DNA of 64,000 nt from an uncultured Thermoleophilaceae bacterium (lineage in GTDB: Bacteria; Actinomycetota; Thermoleophilia; Solirubrobacterales; Thermoleophilaceae): NCBI GenBank assembly GCA_963835705.1, contig CAWIGR010000005.1:6120-70119 (forward strand), written 5' to 3'. Every line of letters begins with the position of its first letter. Positions within the stretch are counted from its first letter, which is position 1. A program made the translations under genes and the position numbers. Positions 27,446 to 35,279 of the stretch are shown here, in pieces. The notes beneath the pieces were generated by a model, which ran no database searches, was not told where the DNA came from, and was given only the letters and a program-made list of their open reading frames with translations.

Positions 27446-28384
27446 ATGCCTGCAGACCGCGCCGGCGCGGAGATCGGGCTCGGCCTCGCCGCCCTCGGGC
27501 GGCCGGGCTACATCAACCTGGGCCACGGTCGCGACGTGGACGACGTCGCCGTCGAGCGGATGGAGCGCGTCGCGCACGAGGTGCTCGACGCCGCCTGGGA
27601 GAAGGGAGTGCGGGCGTTCGACGCGGCGCGCTCCTACGGGCGCGCGGAGGCGTTCCTGGCGACGTGGCTCGAGCGGCGCGAGCTGGCGTCCCGCGAGGCG
27701 CAGGTGAGCTCGAAGTGGGGCTATTCGTACACCGCCGGCTGGCGGGTGGACGCGGACGAGCACGAGGTCAAGGACCTCACCGCGGCGCAGCTTCGGCGCC
27801 AGTGGCGGGAGACGAGCGAGCTGCTCGGCGACCACGTGCGTCTCTACCAGATCCACTCGGCCACCATCGAGAGCGGAGTGCTCGAAGACCGGGAGGTCCT
27901 CGCCGAGCTGGCCGCGTTGCGCGAGCGCGGCGTGCGGATCGGGCTCACGGTCACGGGGCCCGGACAGGCCGCGACGATCGAGCGCGCCCTGCAGACGGGC
28001 GGCTTCGACGCGGTTCAGGCGACCTGGAACCTGCACGAGCGCTCGGCCGCCGGCGCCCTGGCAAGCGCGCACGAGGCCGGGCTGTACGTCATGGTCAAGG
28101 AGGCGCTCGCGAACGGGCGGCTCACGGCCCGGGGCGCCCACCCGGAGCTGACGCGCGCGGCTCACGACCGCGGTACGACGGAGGATGCGCTGGCGCTCTC
28201 CGCGGCGCTCGCGCAGCCGTGGGTAGACCTCGTGCTGAGCGGGGCGGCGACGGTGGCGCAACTGCGCAGCAACCTCGGGGCGCGGGAGGTCGCCTGGGAC
28301 GACGAGCTCGAAGGGCGGCTCGCCGGGCTGGTCGAGGAGCCGGACGCCTACTGGGCCGCGCGCGCCGAGCTGCCCTGGAACTGA
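27446..28384 (+). CDS. Aldo/keto reductase
   Basis: 312 aa. AKR-like layout (LGLAALGRPGY..., FDAARSYG, LYQIHS, VKEALANGRL). Confidence 0.8.
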   Translation: MPADRAGAEIGLGLAALGRPGYINLGHGRDVDDVAVERMERVAHEVLDAAWEKGVRAFDAARSYGRAEAFLATWLERRELASREAQVSSKWGYSYTAGWRVDADEHEVKDLTAAQLRRQWRETSELLGDHVRLYQIHSATIESGVLEDREVLAELAALRERGVRIGLTVTGPGQAATIERALQTGGFDAVQATWNLHERSAAGALASAHEAGLYVMVKEALANGRLTARGAHPELTRAAHDRGTTEDALALSAALAQPWVDLVLSGAATVAQLRSNLGAREVAWDDELEGRLAGLVEEPDAYWAARAELPWN

Positions 28385-28405
28385 GGCGCGGGCGCCCCGC
28401 GGCGG

Positions 28406-29236
28406 CTAGCGCGTGCGGATCTCTCCCGTGCGGCCATAGAGCACCCGGTCGTCCGGCGGGTCGGTGGCGACCAAGAGCCCCACCAGCACGAGCGCCGCAA
28501 CGACGAGAGCGGCCGCGAACCGGAGCGCGTCGGTGCGGACTTTCGCCCGCCGGGCCCGCCGCCGCGCGTCGAGCTCGGCCGGGCCGAGCAGCTCGGCAAC
28601 CACCGGCTCGGAAAGCCCGAGCTCGTGCTCGCGGCACCAGCGCAGCACCGCGTCCAATCCCTCGGCCTCCACGACCGGCACGTGGTAGGCCTGGCCGAGC
28701 CGGTGCAGGAGCTCGGCGTTGCGCCCGGGCGCCAGAAACAGCGCGTAGGGCCGGGCCCGCTCCGCTCGGAAGCCGTCCTCGTGGACCTCGATCGCGCCGC
28801 GGGCTTCGACGATGCCGGGCACCTCGCGCCGCCGGGCAAGGATCCGCCGCGCCGACCACGGGCGCGGATGCCACGCATGGACGCCGCAGCTGCACTCCGG
28901 GGCGGGTGCGCTGTGTCCCTCTGCGCCTGGGCACGAGGCCTCGAGCCAGGCGCCGCCGGCGGGCCAAGGCGCGGCGTCCCGGTAGGCCCCGGCCAGCCGC
29001 TCGTCCGGGCGCTCGCCGCCGACGGACCATGTGCGCAGGCCGTAGACCGGGGTGGCGACGAGCGGCGCGCCGCTCATCCGGGTCTCGCGGGCTCGGGCTT
29101 GGGCTTGGGCTCCCGGGCGGGGGAGGGCGGCTCCCGGGCGGGCTTCGGGTTCGGGCGGCGGCAAGGGCACGGGCGGCGGCACCGGGGACTCGCTCGGCTC
29201 CGAGATGATCCGCCTCGAAGGACCGTCCACACCCAT
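28406..29236 (-). CDS. Hypothetical membrane-anchored protein with a Cys-containing core (family unknown)
   Basis: High GC3 from ATG 29236, with an alternative start at ATG 29077 (MSGAPLV). Pro-rich N-terminus, core YGLRTW...CPG...CSCGVHAW, C-terminal TM helix AAALVVAALVLVGLLVA. Confidence 0.5.
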   Translation of the reverse strand: MGVDGPSRRIISEPSESPVPPPVPLPPPEPEARPGAALPRPGAQAQARARETRMSGAPLVATPVYGLRTWSVGGERPDERLAGAYRDAAPWPAGGAWLEASCPGAEGHSAPAPECSCGVHAWHPRPWSARRILARRREVPGIVEARGAIEVHEDGFRAERARPYALFLAPGRNAELLHRLGQAYHVPVVEAEGLDAVLRWCREHELGLSEPVVAELLGPAELDARRRARRAKVRTDALRFAAALVVAALVLVGLLVATDPPDDRVLYGRTGEIRTR

Positions 29237-29302
29237 ACGACAAATGATGACATCGCGAAGCGAGCGCTCTGGCTGGCTGGCCAGTTACCATCCCGAACGG
29301 GG

Positions 29303-29911
29303 ATGGAAGCTTCTGTAGCCGCGCCGCGGCGACTAGACGGCGACAAGGCCCAGCGCATCATCGAGGCCATGCGCTCGAGCGTGGGCACGCGCGGGGCGGC
29401 CGGGTCGACGTTCGACCACGTCGCGCGCGAGGCCGGCGTGTCGCGCGGGCTGCTGCACTACTACTTCGGCTCCAAGGAGCAGCTGCTCATCGAGGTCGTG
29501 CGCCACGACTGCGAGGCGCGCATCGAGGCGCTCGACGAGCGCATCGCGCGGGCCCGGACCGTGGACGAGATCGTGGAGGCGCTGGTGGCCAGCCTGCAGG
29601 AGTTCATCGAGGGCGAGCCCAGCAGCCAGGCCGTGATCTACGAGATGCTCTCCGCCTCGCGCCGCTCCGAGGACATCCGCACCGAGCTGGCCGAGCTGTA
29701 CCGGCGCTGGCGCGCCCACCTCGCCGAGTCGCTGCGGGCAAAGGAGCGCGAGGGCGTCGTGCGGCTGAAGGGCGACCCCGAGTCGGTCGCCTCGATGCTG
29801 TTCGCGCTCGGCGACGGCTTCGGCATCCAGGTGGTGTCGGACCCGGACTGGGACCGGGACTCCGCCTTCGGCCTGGGCCTGATGATCGCCCGCGGCCTGC
29901 TCGGCCCCTAG
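29303..29911 (+). CDS. TetR/AcrR family transcriptional regulator
   Basis: 202 aa. HTH TFDHVAREAGVSRGLLHYYFGSKEQL. Confidence 0.85.
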   Translation: MEASVAAPRRLDGDKAQRIIEAMRSSVGTRGAAGSTFDHVAREAGVSRGLLHYYFGSKEQLLIEVVRHDCEARIEALDERIARARTVDEIVEALVASLQEFIEGEPSSQAVIYEMLSASRRSEDIRTELAELYRRWRAHLAESLRAKEREGVVRLKGDPESVASMLFALGDGFGIQVVSDPDWDRDSAFGLGLMIARGLLGP

Positions 29912-29941
29912 CGCCTCCGCGCGGGCTTAGGCTTCGCGGCC

Positions 29942-30346
29942 ATGGAGCCGCTGCCGCGCTGGGAGCGAGGGACGCCCGCCGTTCTGTGCGTCGCGGGCCC
30001 GCACCCGATCCCGGTCACCGCGTTTCTCCGTGCGGGCGACGACCGGGTGCTGCTCGCGATCGGACGGAAGCGGGAGACGCTGCGCCGCCTGCGCGAGGAC
30101 CCGGCCGTGGCGCTTCTCCTCATGGGCGCCGGGCTTGCCTTCACGGCCCACGGCCGCGCCCGCGTGATCGCCGAGCGGCTCGAGGTCACCGACACGGTGG
30201 TGGCCGTGGAGGTCGTGGTGGAGCGCGTTCAGAACCACCTCGCCGACGGGCGCACGGAGATGCTCGACGGCCCCCGGTGGCGCTGGTGCGCCGACGAGCA
30301 CGGCGAGGCCGAGGACGCGATCCTGGCCGAGCTCGAGAGCCTCTAA
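29942..30346 (+). CDS. Pyridoxamine 5'-phosphate oxidase-like (split-barrel flavin-binding) family protein
   Basis: 134-aa ORF with high GC3 and composition typical of the PNPOx-like fold. The assignment is tentative. Confidence 0.5.
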   Translation: MEPLPRWERGTPAVLCVAGPHPIPVTAFLRAGDDRVLLAIGRKRETLRRLREDPAVALLLMGAGLAFTAHGRARVIAERLEVTDTVVAVEVVVERVQNHLADGRTEMLDGPRWRWCADEHGEAEDAILAELESL

Positions 30347-31698
30347 CCCAAGGCCAGGCGCCGTTCGAGCTCGTCGCCGAGCTCCGCGATCGGAACGCGC
30401 TCCTGCTCGAGCGTGTCGCGGTCGCGCAGGGTGACCGTGGAGTCCTCCGTGGACTGGCCGTCGACCGTCACCCCGAACGGCGTGCCGATCTCGTCCTGGC
30501 GCCGGTAGCGCTTGCCGATCGAGCCGCCGGCGTCGTACTCGGACGGCAGGCGGCCGCGGAGGCCCTCGTAGATCTCGCGCGCCAGCTCCGGCATCCCCGC
30601 CTTGTTCACGAGCGGGAGCACGGCCACCTTGACCGGGGCCATGGAGGGCTGGAGGCGCAGCACGGTGCGGCGCTCGCCGCCGATCTCGTCCTCGTCGTAG
30701 GCGTCGCACAGGAGCGCCAGCACCGTTCGCCCCACCCCGGCGGCGGGCTCCACGACGTGCGGCACGTAGCGGTCTCCCGTCGCGGTGTCCACGTACTCGA
30801 GCTTCTGGCCGGAGAACTCGGCGTGCTGGGTCAGGTCGAAGTCGCCGCGGTTGGCGATCCCCTCGAGCTCGGACCAGCCGATCGGGTAGAGGTACTCGAT
30901 GTCGCTGGTCGCAGAGGAGTAGTGCGACAGCTCGTCGGGGCCGTGCGGGCGCAGCCGCAGCTTCTCGCGGTCGATCCCCAGCGACACGTACCACTCGAGC
31001 CGCTGCTCCATCCAGTGCTCGTGCCAGCGCTCGGCGTCGTCTGGCGGCACGAAGAACTCCATCTCCATCTGCTCGAACTCGAGCGTGCGGAAGATGAAGT
31101 TGCCCGGGGTGATCTCGTTGCGGAACGACTTGCCGACCTGGGCGATCCCGAACGGCGGCTTGCGGCGCGCGTACTGAAGCGTCGTCCTGAAGTCGAGGAA
31201 GATGCCCTGCGCGGTCTCCGGGCGCAGGAAGACGGTCGAGCCCGCCTCCTTCACAGGCCCGATCGTCGTCTCGAACATCAGGTTGAACTCGCGCGGGTCC
31301 GTGAGCTCGCAGTCCCTGTGGTCGCCCGGCAGCTTCGACGGGGCGCGCCCGCAGCGCACGTCCGGGTGCTCGGCCGTGCCCGCGCGGGCCTCCTCGATGT
31401 GGTCGGCGCGGAAGCGGAGCTTGCAGGCCTTGCAGTCCACGAGCGGGTCGGTGAAGCCCGCGAGGTGCCCCGACGCCTCCCACGTGCGGGGGTGCTGGAT
31501 GATGGCCGAGTCGAGCGCCACCACGTCGTCGCGCTCCTGGATCATCGCCTTCCACCAGGCGTTCACGACGTTGTTCTTCAGCAGCACGCCGTAGTGCCCG
31601 TAGTCGTAGGTGTTGGCGATGCCGCCGTAGATCTCCGAGGCCGGGAAGATGAGCCCGCGGCGCTTGCAAAGAGCGACAATCCTGTCCATGGTCACCAT
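30343..31698 (-). CDS. glyQS: Glycine--tRNA ligase (dimeric class II GlyQS type)
   Basis: N-terminus MDRIVALCKRRGLIFPASEIYGGIANTYDYGHYG, class II motifs and a C-terminal anticodon-binding domain. The start is ATG 31698 or 31689. Confidence 0.92.
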   Translation of the reverse strand: MVTMDRIVALCKRRGLIFPASEIYGGIANTYDYGHYGVLLKNNVVNAWWKAMIQERDDVVALDSAIIQHPRTWEASGHLAGFTDPLVDCKACKLRFRADHIEEARAGTAEHPDVRCGRAPSKLPGDHRDCELTDPREFNLMFETTIGPVKEAGSTVFLRPETAQGIFLDFRTTLQYARRKPPFGIAQVGKSFRNEITPGNFIFRTLEFEQMEMEFFVPPDDAERWHEHWMEQRLEWYVSLGIDREKLRLRPHGPDELSHYSSATSDIEYLYPIGWSELEGIANRGDFDLTQHAEFSGQKLEYVDTATGDRYVPHVVEPAAGVGRTVLALLCDAYDEDEIGGERRTVLRLQPSMAPVKVAVLPLVNKAGMPELAREIYEGLRGRLPSEYDAGGSIGKRYRRQDEIGTPFGVTVDGQSTEDSTVTLRDRDTLEQERVPIAELGDELERRLALG

Positions 31699-31866
31699 GC
31701 CGAGCCGCACCCTACTCACCGCATTGGGCTAGCGTGCGGTGGCGATGGGGACGGCCCTGCGCCCGATCAGCCACCTCACCGCGTGGCTCGTGTGGCACGC
31801 GATGCGCGTCTCGCTGCTCGACGACCTGGAGCAGCCGCGCCCTCCTCACAGCGCCTGAGGGCTCGC

Positions 31867-31893
31867 TTGGCACTCCTATACTGAGAGTGCCAT
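31867..31893. promoter_or_regulatory. CIRCE-like HrcA operator TTGGCACTC-N9-GAGTGCCAT
   Basis: Matches 8/9 and 7/9 of the TTAGCACTC-N9-GAGTGCTAA consensus with exact 9-nt spacing. The right arm overlaps the start codon of the zinc-ribbon gene. The spacer contains TATACT. Confidence 0.7.
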
Positions 31894-32203
31894 GCCCATC
31901 TACGAGTACCGCTGCGACCAGGGCCACACCTTCGAGGTGATGCAGCGGATGACGGACGACCCGCTCACGAGCTGCTCGACCTGCGAGTCGCCGGTGCAGC
32001 GCGTTTTCCACCCGGTGGCGGTGCACTTCAAGGGCTCGGGCTTCTACAGCACCGACTACGGCAAGAAGGGCGCCGGGTCCTCCTCATCGGAGTCGGGCTC
32101 GGGCGCCAAGTCCGAGTCCGGGTCCAAGGGCGAGTCGAAGGACTCCTCCTCATCGCCGAAGGACTCGAAGACCTCCTCCTCGTCCTCGTCGTCCTCCGAC
32201 TAA
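31892..32203 (+). CDS. FmdB-family zinc-ribbon protein with a Ser-rich disordered tail (mycobacterial Rv0991c/Ruc-like)
   Basis: 103 aa. MPIYEYRC...SCSTCESPVQRVF...FKGSGFY is followed by ~55 aa of S/G/K/E low complexity ending SSSSSSSSD. Confidence 0.8.
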   Translation: MPIYEYRCDQGHTFEVMQRMTDDPLTSCSTCESPVQRVFHPVAVHFKGSGFYSTDYGKKGAGSSSSESGSGAKSESGSKGESKDSSSSPKDSKTSSSSSSSSD

Positions 32204-33309
32204 CTGCCGTTCAGCAGCTTGTCGACCGCGTCGCGCTTGGCGCCGTCCGAGACGAACAGGTTGCTCCCGTTGACGCAGCAGCCGGCCTCGAGCACCTGGG
32301 TCTCGTCCGAGTTGCCCGTAGCCATGTCCGCGAACAGGGCCATGAGCGCGGGACCCCTCATGTCGGTCTTGAGCGCCTGGGGCGCGCGCCAGCCGATCAG
32401 CGGCAGGCGGAGGAAGGCGCTGGGCGAGGTGGCCGCGTCGCCCATCGCGCGCAGCACCTCCTGCTGACGGGCGGCGCGGGCGCGGTCGTCCTCGGCCGGG
32501 GCGCACGGGTTCTTTCGCACCCGGGCGAAGCCGAGCGCCCGCGTCCCGTCCAGCTCCTGCTCGCCCTTACGCAGGCGGAAGCCCTCCCAGAAGTTGTCGA
32601 AGGGCGGCGCGCAGATCCGGGTCTTGTTCTGCACGGTCACGCCGCCGAGCGCGTCGATCAGCTCCGGGAAGGCCTCGAAGTCGACCTCGACCAGGTGGTT
32701 GATCTCGAGCCCGTTGCCGAGGAAGCCCTCGACCGTCTCGATCGTCAGCGCCGGGCCGCCCAGCGCGTAGGCGGCGTTGACCTTGTTCGTCCCGTGGCCG
32801 GGGACCTCGACCTCGATGTCCCGCGGTATCGAGAGCTTGCGGATGCTGCCGAGCGCGGCGTGGACGAGCATGATCGAGTCCGCCCGCGAGGGCCCGCTCT
32901 GGCTCTCGTCGATCGACTCGCCGGTGCGCGCGTCGGAGCCGAGCACGAGGATGGTGCTGCCGGTCAGGAGGTTGCCGTCGTCCGACAGCGCGCGCTCGGC
33001 CTCGGGCGATACGCCGTCTTGGAGCTGGGCGCTGATCAGGAACAGGACCGCCGACAGGAGGATCCAGCCGAGCAGGGCGAGGGCGATCCACTTGAGCACC
33101 CGCCCGGGGGTGATCCCGCCCCGCTCGCGGGGGGCTGAGGGCTCCTCGTTTCGGGCACGGCTGAGCCGGCGCTTCAGGGCGTCCAGATCGGTGCCGCCGG
33201 TGAGGCGCTGCAGGGGCCGCTTCCGGGAGCGGTAGACCTTGTAGTCCGGGGGGCCGCCCGGATTGGGGTCGCTCACACCCCTCTGTATATCGTCCGGCAA
33301 TGCCGCCAA
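32200..33309 (-). CDS. LCP (LytR-CpsA-Psr) family cell-envelope phosphotransferase
   Basis: N-terminal TM helix, then the LCP core ILVLGSDAR...RADSIMLVH...SIPRD...KVNAAYALGG. The start is uncertain (TTG 33309, TTG 33300 or GTG 33276). Confidence 0.8.
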   Translation of the reverse strand: MAALPDDIQRGVSDPNPGGPPDYKVYRSRKRPLQRLTGGTDLDALKRRLSRARNEEPSAPRERGGITPGRVLKWIALALLGWILLSAVLFLISAQLQDGVSPEAERALSDDGNLLTGSTILVLGSDARTGESIDESQSGPSRADSIMLVHAALGSIRKLSIPRDIEVEVPGHGTNKVNAAYALGGPALTIETVEGFLGNGLEINHLVEVDFEAFPELIDALGGVTVQNKTRICAPPFDNFWEGFRLRKGEQELDGTRALGFARVRKNPCAPAEDDRARAARQQEVLRAMGDAATSPSAFLRLPLIGWRAPQALKTDMRGPALMALFADMATGNSDETQVLEAGCCVNGSNLFVSDGAKRDAVDKLLNGS

Positions 33310-34268
33310 GGCGCGTTATCGGGATCGACGCGGGGGGCACGAAGCTCCTGGGGGGCGTCGTGGACGAGGGTCTCGTGGTGCACCATCGGGTCCACCGGCT
33401 GTGGCGTGGCGGCGACCGGGCGGAGACGCTCGACATCTTCGTGGAGGCCGTCGAGGAGGTGCGCGCGGCGGCCCCGGACGTGGAGGCCGTGGGGTTCGGG
33501 ATCCCCGCCCTTGTGGAGTGGGATCGGGGTGTCTCGCGCTGGTCCACGCACCTGCCGCTGGCCGACGTGCCGTTCCGGGATCTGATGATCGAGCGGCTCG
33601 GGCTGCCCGTGGTGGTGGACAACGACGCCAACGCGGCCCTGCTCGCCGAGGCACGCTTCGGGGCGGCGCGCGACTGCTCGCATGCCGTGCTGGTGGCGCT
33701 CGGCACGGGAATCGGGAGCGGCCTGCTGCTCGACGGGCGGATCTACCGCGGCTCGCGGGGATTGGGCGCGGAGATCGGGCACACGGTGGTGGACCTGCAC
33801 GGCCCGGACTGCCAGGGCGCGTGCCCGGGGCGCGGCTGCCTGGAGGTGATGGCCTCGGGTACTGCGATCGGGCGCGAGGGGCTGGCGGCGGCCCAGCGGA
33901 CGCCCTCGTCGGCGCTGGGGCAGCGGCTCGCGGCCGGGCGGGAGATCACGGGCGGAATCGTCACCGAGCTGGCGCACGACGGCGACGAGGCGGCGCGGTC
34001 GGTGCTCGCCGAGATCGGGCGCCGGCTCGGCTACGGGCTGGTGGGCGTGGTGAACGTGTTCAACCCGGAGGTGATCGTGATCGGCGGCGGGGCGATCGCC
34101 GCCGGCGAGCTGCTGCTGGAGCCGGCTCGCTCCGTTGTTCATGAGCGTGCGCTGCCCCCCGCCCGGGAGGCGGTCCGAATCGTGCCGGCCCACTACGGCG
34201 ACGAGTCCGGGATGCTGGGCGCGGCGCTGCTGGCGCTGGATTCGCTGATCCCGGCGTCGGCGTCGTGA
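33300..34268 (+). CDS. ROK family sugar kinase (glucokinase-like)
   Basis: 322 aa. VIGIDAGGTKLL ATP motif and ROK zinc motif CQGACPGRGCLE. Confidence 0.85.
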   Translation: MPPRRVIGIDAGGTKLLGGVVDEGLVVHHRVHRLWRGGDRAETLDIFVEAVEEVRAAAPDVEAVGFGIPALVEWDRGVSRWSTHLPLADVPFRDLMIERLGLPVVVDNDANAALLAEARFGAARDCSHAVLVALGTGIGSGLLLDGRIYRGSRGLGAEIGHTVVDLHGPDCQGACPGRGCLEVMASGTAIGREGLAAAQRTPSSALGQRLAAGREITGGIVTELAHDGDEAARSVLAEIGRRLGYGLVGVVNVFNPEVIVIGGGAIAAGELLLEPARSVVHERALPPAREAVRIVPAHYGDESGMLGAALLALDSLIPASAS

Positions 34269-34320
34269 GCGGGCGCTTCGTCCCGCGCCCGACGCCGATC
34301 GGGTTTGTCGAGGCCGCGTC

Positions 34321-35145
34321 GTGAGCGGCCGCCTGGTCGTCTGTCCGACCCCGATCGGGAACCTGGAGGACGTGACGCTGCGCGTGCTCGCCGCGCTGCG
34401 AGAGGCGGACGTCGTGGCGTGCGAGGACACGCGCCGGACGCGCGTGCTGCTCGACCGCTACGGGGTGAAGGCCCGGCTGGTCTCGTACCACGAGCACAAC
34501 GAGCGCGCCCGCGCCGGGGCGCTGGTCGAGCGGATGCTTTCGGGGGAGACCGTGGCCCTCGTGTCCGACGCGGGCATGCCGCTGGTGTCCGACCCGGGCT
34601 ACGTGCTCGTGCAGGCCTGCGTGGCTGCCGGGCTGCCGGTCGAGGTGCTGCCGGGACCGTCCGCGGCGATCACCGCCCTGGTGGCGTCGGGCCTGCCCGC
34701 GGATTCATGGAGGTTCGGGGGATTTCTCCCGCGCAAGAAGGGCGAGCTGCGACGGGTGCTCGCCGAGCCGGGGGGGACGCTTGTGGCGTTCGAGTCGCCG
34801 CGGCGGGTGCCGGGGACGCTGGCGCTGCTGGCGTCGGTGGACCCGGGTCGCCCCGTGGCTGTCTGCCGTGAGCTGACGAAGGCACACGAGGAGGTCGTGC
34901 GGGGAAGCGCGGCCGAGCTGGCAGAGCGGTATGCGGAGTCGCCGCCGAGGGGGGAGGTGGTGCTGGTGCTGGGGGCCGCGGAGGGCTCCGAAGCCACGCC
35001 CGGCTCGCAAGAACCCGCGGGCCTGGAGGCCCTGCGCCGCCTGGTGGAGGCCGGCGCGAAGCCTCGGATCGCGGCGAGCGTCGTGGCGGAGCTGACCGGC
35101 GGGAAGGCCAACGACCTGTACCGGGCGCTGACTCGCGAGAGCTGA
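34321..35145 (+). CDS. rsmI: 16S rRNA (cytidine1402-2'-O)-methyltransferase
   Basis: 274 aa. LVVCPTPIGNLEDVTLRVL...ACEDTRRT. Confidence 0.9.
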   Translation: MSGRLVVCPTPIGNLEDVTLRVLAALREADVVACEDTRRTRVLLDRYGVKARLVSYHEHNERARAGALVERMLSGETVALVSDAGMPLVSDPGYVLVQACVAAGLPVEVLPGPSAAITALVASGLPADSWRFGGFLPRKKGELRRVLAEPGGTLVAFESPRRVPGTLALLASVDPGRPVAVCRELTKAHEEVVRGSAAELAERYAESPPRGEVVLVLGAAEGSEATPGSQEPAGLEALRRLVEAGAKPRIAASVVAELTGGKANDLYRALTRES

Positions 35146-35279
35146 GCAGCGGCGCCATCGCGGCTCCGGCGTCTCAGTGCAACAGCTCTGTGACGGTCTC
35201 TCACAACTCCCTCAATCACCGTCACAGGTAGCCACCCCGCCAATTCTCCGGCGGCCGTCCCCCTCGTACGGTCGCCGCC

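Noticed and set aside
26371-29208. 945-aa plus-strand ORF spanning plsC (antisense), the AKR gene and the following hypothetical gene.
   Set aside because: Its composition is extreme Arg/Ala/Gly/Pro and it has no recognisable domains. It runs antisense or out of frame to genes with clear motifs. This is a typical open-frame artefact of GC-rich DNA.
31699-31866. T-box or other riboswitch in the glyQS leader, and similarly upstream of metG (36491-36542).
   Set aside because: No T-box core (GGUGGNACCGCG-like on the coding strand) or specifier architecture is recognisable. The metG-proximal dyad GCCGATGC...GCATCGGC lacks a U-tract and known motifs. A covariance-model scan would be needed.
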